Source: Octopus sinensis (Eukaryota). Taken from it: DNA of 64,000 bases. The position numbers and the translations under genes are program-made. Location: positions 31,992,001-32,056,000 of the forward strand of contig NC_043008.1 of assembly GCF_006345805.1 (NCBI RefSeq). The letters are read 5' to 3'. The notes under the pieces were generated by a model. It did not search any database. It saw only the letters and a list, made by a program, of their open reading frames with translations, and was not told the DNA's origin. This document shows, one piece after another, positions 21,849 to 35,469 of the stretch (the stretch's first letter is position 1; every line of letters begins with the position of its first letter).

Positions 21849-24659
21849 CAAGCAGCATCAAAAGTAAAATTCAATCATGGTAATTAATTCATTATTTTTG
21901 CAATACTTCAGCCTTCATTCGTTGAACCTATGGTGACAAACGTTTCTTTTACATACACCTGGCTTTTACATAAAAGTCTGTTGAGCAAACACCTCTGGCT
22001 GGCCCCTGTTTTATAATTTATATGTGAAATACAACATGGGAAAGTTTTTGAGATGGACGAGTAAACGAGAAAACCTCGCTATGCTGTCGCTCGATTTGTT
22101 AGCAGTAACGACTAAATCATATGAAATCACAAAAGAAGGACATCTTAGATAATGCAGATTTTATGTAAACACGTAAAAAGAAAAATTAATGGGTGCATTT
22201 GAACACTTTTGATCAATGTTGACTTTGGGCTCAGCAACATGAAAACATTCGGAAATCCCAAACACATCAATAATGAATGAGTGATATAGGTTGACAGAGA
22301 GATGACATATTTGGAGGTGTGTCTGTGTGTAAAGAATATGCGTGTGTATACGCACACATATACTTAATATTATTAAAATATTTAACTTCTTTGTATTGTC
22401 ATTTCGACATAAGGAAATAATTTTACGTCATTTCAAATCATTTTCGCTTGATTTACACATTTTTAATGTATCTGTGCGGCCACACATACACACGATGTAC
22501 ACTAAAATATTGGATACTATTGACTAACCTCCTACTCCAGTCTTAAATCAAAACATACAAAGATTCTCTCTTTATCAGCTCCTTCCTCCTCCTTCCTTAT
22601 CGCCTGTATCACCAGCCCACAACTCTGTATACTTAGTCTAGTCTATTAAGTACTGTCCTAAAAGTTTATCCGGTGCATCTACCCACTTCTCCCCCCTCCT
22701 TCTATCATTCACACACTCTCTTCCTCTTCTCTTAAAAAACGCTGTTGTTTAAAACCTTCACAACCCCGTGACCATCCCATTTTTGATTATTCAGACAATA
22801 TTTCTAGGACTACCTCATACAATGTTTCCTTCGTACGCTTTATGGACAGTAGAGTATAAATTTAGAAAGAGATTTTCGCTGTTATTTCAAGCAGCTCACG
22901 TGTTCAGTGGTAGTTAGGGTTTTGTTGAATCACCCAAGTCAATTGATTGTGTAGTCTTAGGTTCAAAGACGTTCCAAGCGCGACTATTTCTACTTTTTTT
23001 TTTGTTTCATTCAGATATCGTGTATCTAGGACTACATTATCCGGTGTGTCATTTTTCTTTTTTTTTTTTTTTTTTTTTTCTTGTTTGTGTGTCAGTTGAG
23101 AAGGATTTGGCTTCTATTTCTAACATGCCGAGCGACCACGTAGACATTCTTGTTTGCTCATTACAAGCTGTTTTCTATCTCTACATCTTTGTTCTGATCT
23201 ATCTGTCTGTCTCCTCTTTTCAGCATCACTGACTATATTCATCTCTCCCTTTCTCCTTCAAAAACCTACCTCTCTCCATCACTCTTTCACAATCAACATT
23301 TTTTTGTATTCTCCAACGTATAGCACTTTTTTTTCCCTCTTTTATGTCTATCGTTATCTCTCCATTCGTCTGTCTGTCTCACATCTATGTCAGTTTGTCT
23401 ATCGATGTCTCTCTACCTTTTATACATATCAATGTCTATCTCTTCAATGCTGGCATCTTGTCGATCCATCTTCTATCTCTCTGTTTCTATTCCACACTCA
23501 CGAACTATGTTGTAGTCACTCTTTCTCCATCTGGCTGTCTCAGCATCGAAAATTTTCCTCTACCTCTTTCTTTCCAAATCCTCTCCTCTCTTCGTCGCCA
23601 TCGCAATTTCTTTTTCACTCTCACTATTCTGTTCCACTTTACTCAGCCTTTACCTCTCACTCCTCCAACTGCTCTACTCACACTCATCTTACACACAGAC
23701 CAACTCAGCTGATTTACCAATAATCACTTGTATATCCTACAGAGAAAGCGATGTTGCTGTCCTGCCTTGGTTTACCTACAACCCCATCACATTCCACTAT
23801 AAACAGGCTTTAGCGAGTATGTGTTGTTTTTTGTTTTTGCCACTTTCTTACTCTAACACATTTATTTATCTATTTATTTATTTATCTTTCTGTCTGTCTG
23901 TCAATCTATCTGTCTACCTGAGTACATATTTCTTTGCGTCACACGTTTATGTATTTATATATTTTCACACGTTTGCATGAAGGTGTGCGTGTATATATGT
24001 ATGTATGTATCTCATTTATGTAAATATTGTACCTACCCATTTTGTGTGTACCGTGCTTGAGTTAGCCTAAATATGTATGTGTGTGTGTATATATTCTTAT
24101 CATTATTCTTTCCACTTATCTCCCTAGTGTTGGTAATGAAAGTACCTGGTACTCTCTATCAGTACTCCTTCTGCCTGTAATCACTCTTGTAACACCTCTA
24201 CATTTGCTCTTGTCCACCTCTATTACTATCCGTTCATTCTCTGCCACCCTTTTATCGCAATTACTGTTTCTCCCATCATAATCTCGCGTCTTCTACTCAC
24301 CCATCCATCATGGTTCTTCCATCCACCTTCTCAGTCCCTTGCCATGATTGAATGAACACGTCATAGAGCAACGATCACTCTTTAGTCGTACTGGGGATAC
24401 TCACCAGTGCTGGTGCCCTAATAAAATGCATGCAGTACGTCCTGTAATGTGGTTGATGAAAGGAAGAGCATCAAGCTATAGAAACCAAATCCCAAATTGT
24501 GTGTACGAATAAGATGTCGTCCTCTGATCCATCTAGGAAGGCAATAACAAGCACAAAATGTCAACTAGCTCAGATTGTTATGACCTGTTCAACTCCTGTT
24601 AGCACCAGCATTCATAGTAGACATAAAATAACGGTGACGTTACATGTGTGAACGTATAT

Positions 24660-24714
<55 letters not shown>

Positions 24715-25697
24715 TGTATGCCCATTGGCATGGCTGTATGCTAAGAAGTTTACTTCACAACCATATAGCTTCAAGTTCAATCCCATTGAGTAGTCCCTTG
24801 CGCAAGTCACAGGAATGATGGCGAGCCAGCAGAATCGTTACCATGCTGAACAAAATCCTTAATGGCATTTCATCTGTCTTTAAATTCTGAGTTCAAATTC
24901 TACCAAGGCCGACTTTACCTTTCATCCTCTTGGAGCTGATGAAATAAGTACCAGTTGAGCTCTGGGGTCAATGTAATTGACTGGCCCTCTCCCCACCAAA
25001 TTTCAGGCCTTGTGCCTATAGTAGAAAAAATTATAGTCCCAGGTCAATCGAAGTCTTGTGATTAGATTTAGTAGACAGAAACTGTAAGAAGCCTGTTATG
25101 TGCTTGCATGCGTGTGTGTGTTACTGTTTCCTTGCCTTGATTTTGTGCAGTAATTGTAAGATTAATGCCATCTCATACAAGTTGTGCCCTTCATTTCTAA
25201 TCTTCCATGAAGACATGTCTTATCATAGGAGAATATTACCTTATTTGGAAACATGAGAGTTGGCAACAGGAAAGGCATCTAGTTGAAGAAACTCTGCCCC
25301 CACAAAATTTTATTTGACCCCTGCAATGATGATGATTATATATATGTGTGTGTGTATATATACACACATACTCACTTCATTTCATTTCCACTTTTTTGTG
25401 CTTGCATGGGTCAGATAAAATTCATTGAGGTCTACCTCCTTGTTTCTAAGTAAGACAACATTTTACCTAGTCCTCTGACCATAAGCAGTTCAATGACCTG
25501 ATGGAAGATTACAAACAAATGACATCATTTTTATATGAACAGTAACTTTGTTTGCAATCAGTACACAATGTGACTACAAGAACACACACACAAGCATCAT
25601 TCGTTTCTATGCCCACCTCCATGTTACCATGATAGCATAGGTGAGGCAAATATATCATCGAGGCCTTGTGTTGATTACAGCCAGATACCTTTTCTGT

Positions 25698-25729
25698 CAC
25701 TAACCTTTATCTTTTTCTTTTAGGTAAGA
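25698..25729 (+). promoter_or_regulatory. Candidate recursive splice site (ratchet point)
   Basis: CACTAAC branch point (25698-25704), CTTTATCTTTTTCTTTT pyrimidine tract, and AG (25722-25723) fused directly to GTAAGA. Confidence 0.5.
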
Positions 25730-25754
25730 CATCTCTTCTTTTACACATTTTCAG

Positions 25755-25811
25755 AGATGCGGAGCCAGCAGATAATTTACTGATGGGAAAAATACATCAT
25801 TATTACCGATT
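25755..25811 (+). other. Candidate 57-nt symmetric exon
   Basis: acattttcag|AGATGCGG...CGATT|gtaact. Length is 19 codons; the phase 2-2 frame is open (DAEPADNLLMGKIHHYYR). The donor is only moderate. Confidence 0.3.
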
Positions 25812-27299
25812 GTAACTTGAGATTTTTGGAGAAGTACAAATGTAAATAGAGATATGCATACATACATATCTTTTATATTTTATCTGTTTTAGTCATTAGA
25901 CTGTGACTATGCTGGAGCATCACCTAGGAGAATTTTGAGCCTGGTACTTATTCTATTGGTCTCTTTTGTTGAACCATTAAATTATGGGGAAGTAAACACA
26001 CAAACATCAGTTATCAAGCTGTGGTGGTGGTGCAAACACAATCACACATATTTATATTTGTGTGTATGCAACAGGCTTCTTTCAGTTTCTCTCTATCAAA
26101 TCCATTTACAAGGCTTTGGTCAATTCAAGGCTTATAGTATAAGACATTTGCTCAAGGTGCCATGCAGTTGAACTGAACCTGGAACCATGTGGTTCACACC
26201 GCTATGCCTGCACCTATTCTTACCACACAGTCATGCCTGCACATATGCTCACTGAATATATACAATAGCCTATTGAATGGTGTTGTTTGCTTGCATTCTA
26301 CTACAAAACAAAGTTTTGGGTATCTTGATAGGTTGTGTTTTTGTAAACAAAAGGCTCATTCAAACAGTGTTATTTGTTTTCAGTTCTCTGTACAATCTTG
26401 TTTGGGTTTTTATGTTTGATAGATTGGGAGATAATTATCTTGCTTGGAAAAGCTAGAAGGGCATCTAGCTGTAGAAAAACTGCCTTGATGTAAACCTGCC
26501 TAACCTATGCAAGCATGGAAATGTAGATGCTAAAATTATGATGACAATAATACCATCATTGTCATCATCACCATACACCCCTTTTCCATACAAACATGAG
26601 TTGGATGGACTGACAGAAGCTGGTGAGCCAGAGGACTGATCCAAGTTCCACTGTCTGTATTGGTGTGATTTCTGCAGCTGGATGCTCTTCCTAACACCAA
26701 CCATGATACAGAATGTACTGTATATATATATATATCGTCCAACCCATGCTAGCATGGAAAGCGGATGCTAAACGATGATGATATATATGCAACGTATCTT
26801 GGGTAAGAAAGCTTGGTGGAGCCCATCCCTCTCCAGGTTAAACTCATTTCTACAACTGAATGAACTGGAGTAGCATGAAATAAAGTGTTTTACTCAAGAA
26901 CACAATGGATCGTCCAGTCCAGGGATCAAAACCACAATCTTACGGTTGTGAATCCAACACCCTAACCACTAAGTGACGTGCCTCCTCTAGTGGTACTTGT
27001 TTCTACAGCTGAGTGGACTGGTGCAGTGTGAAATGAAGTGTTTTACTCAAGAATAAAATGCATCGCCTGGTCCAGGAATTGAAACCACAATCTTACGATT
27101 GTGAGTCCAACACCCTAACCACTTCTAGTGTATGCTTGCCAAGTCCATTTCAAGGGCCTTAGCCAGTACAGGGTTATAGCAGTAGACACTTTAACCCTAT
27201 CGTTATGTCTATGCATACAATGCAGCTTTTTATAGTTTCTATTTCAAATTCACACTCCAATCTGGTTGTTTGGGGTTATGGTAGAAGCATCTGTGTGTT

Positions 27300-27333
<34 letters not shown>

Positions 27334-27368
27334 CATACACACACATAAATAAAAGCATATGTATATAT

Positions 27369-27399
<31 letters not shown>

Positions 27400-28199
27400 C
27401 AACACACATACATATTTGTGCTTATATACACACATATACATTTATATGTATATTTTTGCATATTCATTGTTTATTTTTACATCCATTTTTATATCTTAGC
27501 ATGGGTTACATGCATATCTTATTAAGGCATTGTTTTACAACCAGATGGCCTTCATGTTGCTAACATTTACCTGCTTTTCAAGTAAATTCTCTCTTTTCCA
27601 TGTCTTTGAAGTTGCAAAGCCAGTAGTTTATTTGCTGGTTGGAGAAATTACAATGTCACTCAGCAATTTTCAGGGAATCAGCATAGATAAACACGTGCGT
27701 TATACAAGCCAGCAGACATACCTGCACCTGTGTGTGTGTGTATGTTTGTATATATGTATGTTACATATAGATTCTGATGAATATGGTACTTAAGTTGAGG
27801 CATCAGAATTTAGTACAGTATTATCCATACAATTTCAAAATATGGTGATTAAAATCAAAATAAGCAACAAGGATATCCAGAAATGATCGTACTGCATATA
27901 TGTATATATATGTGTGTGTGTGTGTATGCATATATGTATGTATATATATAAACACATGCATGTGTGTGTATGTTCCTGTCTCCTTGAATATTAGCATGAT
28001 TGTTGTAAAAGTGCATCACCACCATACATGTTTCCAATCTCCGATGGAAACCTGTCTGACCCATGTGAGCATGGAAACATGCATGTTAAAACTATGATCA
28101 TCATCATTATGATATGTCCATACATAGACCCTCTTAATATTTATATATTATGTAGATTTAGACCTGATTATGGAATGGTTGGTATGACCTTTCCTTTCA

Positions 28200-29800
28200 G
28201 ATCCAGGAAAAGTGTTTAGAAAATCATCATTCTCTCCATTTAAATTTTCCATGATGTTGTGAAGGCTTTTCTGTTTACTTTTTCCTGGATCTGTCACAAA
28301 GAAATGGCCTTATTGATTGATTATATTGTTTTCTAGCAGAATTTATTCTTCAATGTGAACCAATCTATCAAGAAGAATTTTTGCAAGAATTTTTCCAACA
28401 ATGGAGAGATGACAGATACGTGAATATCTGTCTTCTCTGCATTATTCCCACAGTTTTCACACTTTGTTAATAATATTGTAATGGTATATTTTTCAAACCT
28501 TTAAGTACTTTATCTTTTTCCTAGATACAGAGGATTTGGTGGTAAATCTTAGTTAAGTGAAGTTGGACACTACATTTCACAAATTCTCTGGAATTTTACC
28601 TAGTTCTGGAGATTTACTGTTTCATTTCTTTGAGACTATCATTACCAAATTCTTGCAATGAAGATGGGACATCAGTTGTTGAGAAATAATTTGCTGTAGG
28701 GCATTGTCAGTACTTTTAAGTGGCACATTTGATGAATGATTGAATTTTTGAAATGTTTTTGCCATTTCTCCAGCTTCGTATCTGTCTCAGTTAGAAATTT
28801 CTGTCTGCAGAATTATTTGACTTGGCTCTCATTTTTGTGGGCCCCCAAAACCTTTAAAGAAATTCGAAGTAGTTTCTTCATTTGGTTCCTGTTTGCATAA
28901 TCTTGTATTTCTATGGCTTCATCAACTTCCCATTGATTCTGCATAATTCTAAGTCTTTTGTTTCTGCTTTGATTTCACTTGACTAAATTCTGTCTTTGAT
29001 TTTAGAATTCTGATAAGTTTTGTCTCTGTAATTAGAGATTTCATCAAACCAGTTGGGTGAACCAAAATTTTCTTTTGTAGCATCAAGTATCAATAATTTT
29101 TAAAAACTCCACTCTTCTTCAGCTGTGATTTCACAAACTGGTTGATTACAAAATCTTTTGTTAAAGGTAGTACAATAATTGTTGCTAATACTGGAATCTG
29201 GAAGACATTTGACAATTAATTTCTTCCTCCCAAACATTATGTTGGGGTTTTGAATGATTTATTTGAATTTTTTATTTAATTGGTGGTGATCCGTACAACT
29301 GCCATGGACAGATTGTATTGATCTACTCTGCTGCACATCTGATATGTCTTGTCTCCATGTGATGACAAAATCAATAAAAAGCCAATACTTAGAATGGTGA
29401 TGCATCCATATAGTAGAAGCGTCACCATTTATGTTTGCTATTTTAGTGAAAAACGCTGCCAGTTATAATAAATTCAAAATCCGAATTAAGTTCCAGAAGT
29501 AGCAGCCCTTGTTCATTGCATTTAAATACTCTCATTCCTTTCAGTATTTTGACCATTATCTGTAGTTTCTTGCAACATGAGATTTAAAGTCCCTGGTAAG
29601 AAAAATTTTATCAATAGGATTAATAAATAGGCTACCGGATTTTGCACAATAATTCATAAGAAACATCAATATTTTCTTTATCATTCACACAAATTGAAGC
29701 ATTAGCACTGATGACTGAGAAAAGAGATTGTTAAAATATTGAATATCTTTTCCCAAATCATTCTTATGTTGAAACCAACTCCATCTGTACACACATCATC
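28200..29800 (-). pseudogene. Old RTE-clade LINE ORF (AP endonuclease plus start of RT), heavily decayed
   Basis: Minus-strand peptides IWMHHHSKYWLFIDFVITWRQDISDV..TDH (endonuclease), KSPELGKIPENL, and SIVGKILAKILLDRL (RT). Confidence 0.8.
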
Positions 29801-29960
29801 AGCTGGTCTTCCTTTCTAGAAGAGGGGATGACCTCCAACATTCTCAATTAAGTTACTCTATCTAAATATTCTACTTTCATTTCATAACGTAGCATCTGTA
29901 ATTGAAAATTTGAATTTCGTGTCCAATAAAAACTATTCATTCAGGTCTCAGATGCTTTAA

Positions 29961-30187
29961 CCCTTTAGCATTTAAACCTAACCCTTTAGCATTTAAACCA
30001 GCCATATCTAGCCCAAATATTCTACTTGTTTTATGTTCAAACTAGCCAGATCTTGCCTCTCACACCTACCCTACAATGTCATTCTAAAAATAAACAATCA
30101 CATCATTGAAGCCTCAAAGCTATGATTAATTCAAAACAATGTAAATAGATAAACAATATATTTGACAGTAATCTGAATGCCAAAGAG
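29961..30187. mobile_element. piggyBac-type MITE (about 230-260 bp)
   Basis: TTAA|CCCTTTAGCATT...AATGCCAAAGAG|TTAA. Copies at 39392-39947 (interrupted by SINE A), 40424-40632, 41439-41647, 46302-46477 and 46842-47103, with partials at about 53645-53815 and 55500-55712. Confidence 0.8.
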
Positions 30188-30327
30188 TTAAGGGCTCAGT
30201 AAAGTCCTCACATTCCAACTTTGAATAGTTAAGGACATTCTTTAGATTTATTGTTGATTCAGCTAGACACCTGGTTGTTAATTACAAGATTACAAGGCAC
30301 ACAGATATAGGTGTGTATGTATGTATG

Positions 30328-31858
30328 CAGTAGTACCCCAGTATTTGCAGGGGTTACGTTCATAGAGCACCCGCGAATATTGGACGTGATCCGTAAAAAT
30401 GCCTGTAATGTCAAAATTTAATGTAAAATATTATATATATAATAATAATAATTTAATGAAAAATAAAGTAAAATGTATGGTTACTCATCAATAATAAATG
30501 ATATTGATTTAAGACGATGATGATGAAAATAATGAAGGTAATGACTGCACAGCAAAGAAGATTTAAAGCTCTTCAGGTGTCTTATCTTCTTGCAAGGCTT
30601 TCTTAGTGGACTTAAGGTACATTGTGATGGAATGTTGCTGTCATTGTTTCTTCCTGGTGGTGAGGAGAGTTTTATATGTCTGCAATAGCAGCTTTGATGG
30701 CATTTTTAAATTGGAAAGACCACACCATATAAGGATCTTATGCTTCTGCCTCTCCTTGCAATTCCTTTGCTGTCCTTATAAGGTTGGACAGATGTTCAAT
30801 TGTTGGGCCCATCTCCCTCTTCCTCTGGATCTGGTACTTCCCCCTCCTCTTCACTGGCAACTTCATCTGTCAGGGTTTCAGAATGGGCATTGATGAGATT
30901 GTTGACCTCATCTTACATGATGTTGTCAAAAAATTTTGCCTCCAATTATCTTTGCCTGTTTTACTGCATTGTTGGCAGCCTTGTGCTGAATATCTTCAAG
31001 TGAGAAACCCTCCTAGTCCTAGAAACACTCTGGCCACATCTTCTTCCAGCATGTGATGAGGTTTTCTTTTTTCATATCTTTAAGAGCGTAGATGACTGAC
31101 AGGCTCATTATGATCATGAAATTATGCCAGTACTCCTATAACTTGAAATTCTTGTCCGAATCCATTGCATCCACAAGATGTTGGTGAGAGTTCCAAGTGT
31201 AAAGTGCCTTGAAGGCACAGATCATGTCTTGATCCATAGGCTGGACAACGAAGGTAGTGTTAGCAGGGAAGAACTCGACTTGGACTCCCTCGTGATTCAA
31301 ATCCAAAGAGTGACCACCAGCATATAGCACTTTTGTTGACATAACAGTGACTTACTGCAGCATAACTTTGACCTTCTTGGAGCATATCCAGCAGTTGTAT
31401 GTTCTCATGAAATGTCGTAACCTTTTTCTGGCACGTAGGTTCATTGCCAGAAGTCTTGGAAGGTTCAGGGCATTTAGATAGCATCTTAGGGCTTTAATAA
31501 CATGCTGCGAAAAACTCAACACTCAACAAAACACTCGAGATAGCTACTGGATGTAGTTTTTTTCCCCCAAAAATGTACAAAAAAATCTTCCTTGCATCTA
31601 ATATGTGCATGCCACCAATGAGAGATTCAGTAGACATTAAAAATAGTTATGGTTTTGAAAAATTTAATTTGTGTTACCAGTGGATACAGTAATATATAAT
31701 AATAATGAGAGAGAGAGAGAGAGATTACCATGAAAAAGGTCATAAAATATTGCGGACAGTATTTATGATTCTGCAAATATGCGGTGGTTTCCCACAAATT
31801 CATTCCACAAATAACCGGGACTGCAAATGCCAAACTGTGAATAAACGGGGGTACACTG
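30328..31858 (-). mobile_element. Tigger/pogo DNA transposon, internally deleted
   Basis: TIRs CAGTAGTACCCC / GGGGTACACTG|TA. N-terminal HTH (KKVTTFHENIQLLDMLQEGQSYAAV) and DDE fragment VEFFPANTTFVVQPMDQDMICAFKALY. Confidence 0.85.
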
Positions 31859-33701
31859 TATACGCATACACACACATTACTCACACACAAGTACCCTTTG
31901 GTAGTGTTTCATCATTTTTAACAACTTGTAAATTTGAAGATTATTTCATATTTCTTAGTTGTTTATTTTCTTTCTCTCTTATTTTACAATCCTTATCCAA
32001 TCATTTCTTTGTAACAGTATCAATAAGATATAAAGTACCAGTAATACAGTAAAATGCCTGTGCACCAATCCCACTTCCTTCCTGTTAACAAAACTTGGCC
32101 ATAGATCTTTTGAAAGTAAATCATAACAGCTATTGTTTGTTGTTGTTGTTGTTGCCCAAAATATCTGTGGAAAAGGCATGAACATAGTCATCATCATCAT
32201 CATCATCGTTTAACGTCCGCTTTCCATGCTAGCATGGGTTGGACGATTTGACTGAGGTCTGGCGAACCAGATGGCTGCACCAGACTCCAATCTAATCTGG
32301 CAGAGTTTCTGCAGTTGGATGCCCTTCCTAATGCCAACCACTCTGAGAGTGTAGTGGGTGCTTTTACATGCCACCGGCACGAGGGCCAGTTAGGCAGTAC
32401 TGGCAATGGCCACGTTCAAATGGTGCTTTTTATGTGCCACCTGCACAGGAGCCAGTCCAGCGGCACTGGCAACGACCTTGCTCAAATGTTTTTTCACGTG
32501 CCATCAGCACAAGTGCTAGTAAGGCGACGCAGGTAACAATCACACTCAAAATGGTGTTTTTAAAATGCCATCGGCACAGAGGCCAGCTTGTTGCTCTGGC
32601 AACAATTTCACTCATATGGTACTCTTAGCACTCCACTTGCAACATTGTTTTTTTTTTATCTCTGGGACCAGCTATGTTTGTGTAGTAATTTAGCTGAAAC
32701 TGTTCCAGCTTTGTATTTCTAGGATGACAATGTCCAATGTGTCCTTTTTTGCTGATTCAGATCATCAGCAGTCTCCTTGAATGGTAGAGTGTGCTATTTC
32801 TAACAAGTCAAACAGCTATGTAGAAGCACTATTGTTCGTTATTGTTGTTATTAAATGTTGTTGATTCTGCTGTTAATGTTCTTGTTATTGTTTAGCTCCA
32901 GGTCAGCTATGATTGATCCAAACCATGATGAAACACCTTCCGGTTGTGATGATGCTACTGTTTTTCCCAGACATAGCATTAGAGACTACATTATCCATGC
33001 TTTGTATATTGGTAAGAGGTGCTTTGAGGGAGGTTTGGTTGCTATTTTTAGCTGGTTGAACTTCTATGCAGAGGTTCTTTGTCAGATGGTTCTTTATGAA
33101 AGTACAGTGTATAACATGTTGTATGATAACATCATAAAATGACTTAAGGTTATAACAGTTAGTTAAATTATTTTTTAAAATTCAGACATTGTATGTTTAC
33201 ATGGATGACATGTCTGATGTCTCTTTCTTTTTGAGAAAGATTTGGCTGCTGTTTCTTGCAGTTCAAGTGGTCATGTAGAGGCTCTCATGTTGGTTTGTTG
33301 TAGTGTACTCTACTGTGCTGTAGTGTAATTGTCTAGTCCCAGAATAGCCATAAAGAACCCATGAATTATCAAAAATGTTTTAGCTGTGACTGTGTCACCT
33401 TTTATTTTTGGCATTTTGACAGCTGTTCACACAGTCACATGTCATTAAATAATCCTTTCTTTCAATCCTCCAAGAGAACCTGTTCACAGATCTTTCTCAA
33501 ATTACACTCTATTATCTTAAAAAGAAAACAAAAAAGAAGATACATTGGCTAATAGGTGTGGCTGTGTGGTAAGAGGTTTGCTTCCCAACAACATGATTCT
33601 GATTTCACTCCCACTGCATGGCACCTTGGGCTGACTAAAGCCTCATGAGTAGATTTGGTAGACAGAAACTGAAAGAAGCTTGTTATATTTGTGTATCTAT
33701 G

Positions 33702-33735
<34 letters not shown>

Positions 33736-35204
33736 TACAACAGAATTGAGATCCTAAAACCAGGATGCCACATCAAAAGCATTGGTGTGGGTGCTGGTGC
33801 CGCATAAAAAACACTTTGTAATGTGGTTGGTTTTGGGAAGGGCATCCAGCCAAAACAAACTATGGAATCTGGTGTGGCCTCTGGCCTTGCTACTCCTTGT
33901 CAAATCATCCAAGCTATGCCAGCAAGGAAAAAGTTGTTAAATGTTGATGCTAATAATGATAATATGTGTGGGTGTGTCTTCATCTTGGTATTGCATGATA
34001 GTTGTAAATGAGTGTCACTCTTATATTTAAGACCCCCTTCGGTGACAAAATGACCATGGGATTGCACCTAGAAAGTTCCCCTCTGAGGCACAAGTTCAGA
34101 TAAGGTTGTTTTTATGGAAGACCAGCAGTTGCCCATGCATACCAGCTTCCTTTCTCTACACTACTGATGTTGTCCAAGGGAAAAGCAAAGTGGCACCAGT
34201 GGAGTGAACGGGAGCAACATGAAAAGTAAAGTGTCTTGCTCAAGAACATAGCACACAGCCTGGTTTGGAAATAAAACTCACAACTTCATGATTGTAAGCG
34301 CAATGCTCTAACCACTGAGCCATGCACCTTCACTCACTGTCATAAATAAGTAGTGTTATTCATTTCCAGTATTCTGTGAGGGCATGTCTGACCAGGGGGG
34401 AAATACTACCTTACTCGGAAACAGGCAAGGGTTGGTGATAGGAATGGCATCTGGCTGTAGAAAATCTGCTTCAAATAAACTCTATCCAACTCTTGTAAAC
34501 ATTGAAAAGTGGATGTTAAATAATGATGATACACTGTATCTTAAAAGTAGATGGTGGTCACAGATATTTGAATGTTTTCGATCAATGGTCAACTTTATCA
34601 AGGCTAAACAACCACCAATATTATAATGATGAATATTGTTATTGATTTCTAATATTTTGTACAGGGTCACACATTTGTTAGTGGGTCAGGTATGTCCACA
34701 AAACTAGACTAGTTCTTTATTTTGTCAACTCGTCCCTGCCAGAAGAATGGGATGCAAAGTAGTATTTAATTACAGTATTTAATGAGCTGTAAATAAACAT
34801 TACAAGGTTTTTTGTCCAATGCTCTCCATTTATTCTGTCAATCCCCTGTATTTATAGGAAAATGGTTGAGTATTCAATTAAATGATTTGCAGTATTTAGT
34901 TTGGTTTTGTCTTGCTATGTTCTGGGTTCATATTCTATCATGTTTAAATAGGCATTTTACCACTGCCCTACTGGAATCAGTTCCTACAAGTAGTATACAC
35001 AATTGTGTGTACTCCTGTTTTACAATTGTCAAACTTTTTGCCAATGCAAAAAAATCTTGTAGTTATTCTAGCTCTTAGTTCCTGACTTAACCATTTCATC
35101 AGCACAATTCCAATGAAATACACTGCCTTGGTATGTATATTTCAATGAGTTTTGAAAAGAATGAACAACTGGCAAAATAATTAAAATTTTCATAATTCTA
35201 ATCT

Positions 35205-35469
35205 TGAGTGGAGGTGCGTGGCTTAGTGGTTAGGGTGTTAGCATCATGATCGTAAGATTGTGGTTTCGATTCCTGGACCGGGCGATGCATTGTGTTCTTG
35301 AGCAAAACACTTCATTTCACGTTGCTCCAGTCCACTCAGCTGGCAAAAATTAGTAATGCTGCAATGGACTGGCATCCCGTCCAGCTGGGGGACACATGCG
35401 CCATTGAAACTGGGAAACCGGGCCCATGAGCCTGGCTAGGCTTTAAAAGGGCGCATTTATTTATTATTT
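35205..35469 (+). mobile_element. Young full-length tRNA-derived SINE, family C
   Basis: A-box TGGCTTAGTGG, B-box GGTTTCGATTCC, T-rich tail, and 12-bp TSD TAATTCTAATCT (35193-35204 and 35470-35481). Other copies at about 26820-27125(-, two), 34190-34330(-), 43675-43900 and 62030-62230(-). Confidence 0.85.

Noticed and set aside
23154-23723. 189-aa and 122-aa S/L/F-rich ORFs
   Set aside because: CT-rich low-complexity DNA with no domain motif.
35205-35285. tRNA-like sequences here and at about 20722, 21500-21580, 43675 and 53444
   Set aside because: They are SINE heads: followed by SINE bodies and tails, without a full cloverleaf, and with a TSD in the 35205 case.
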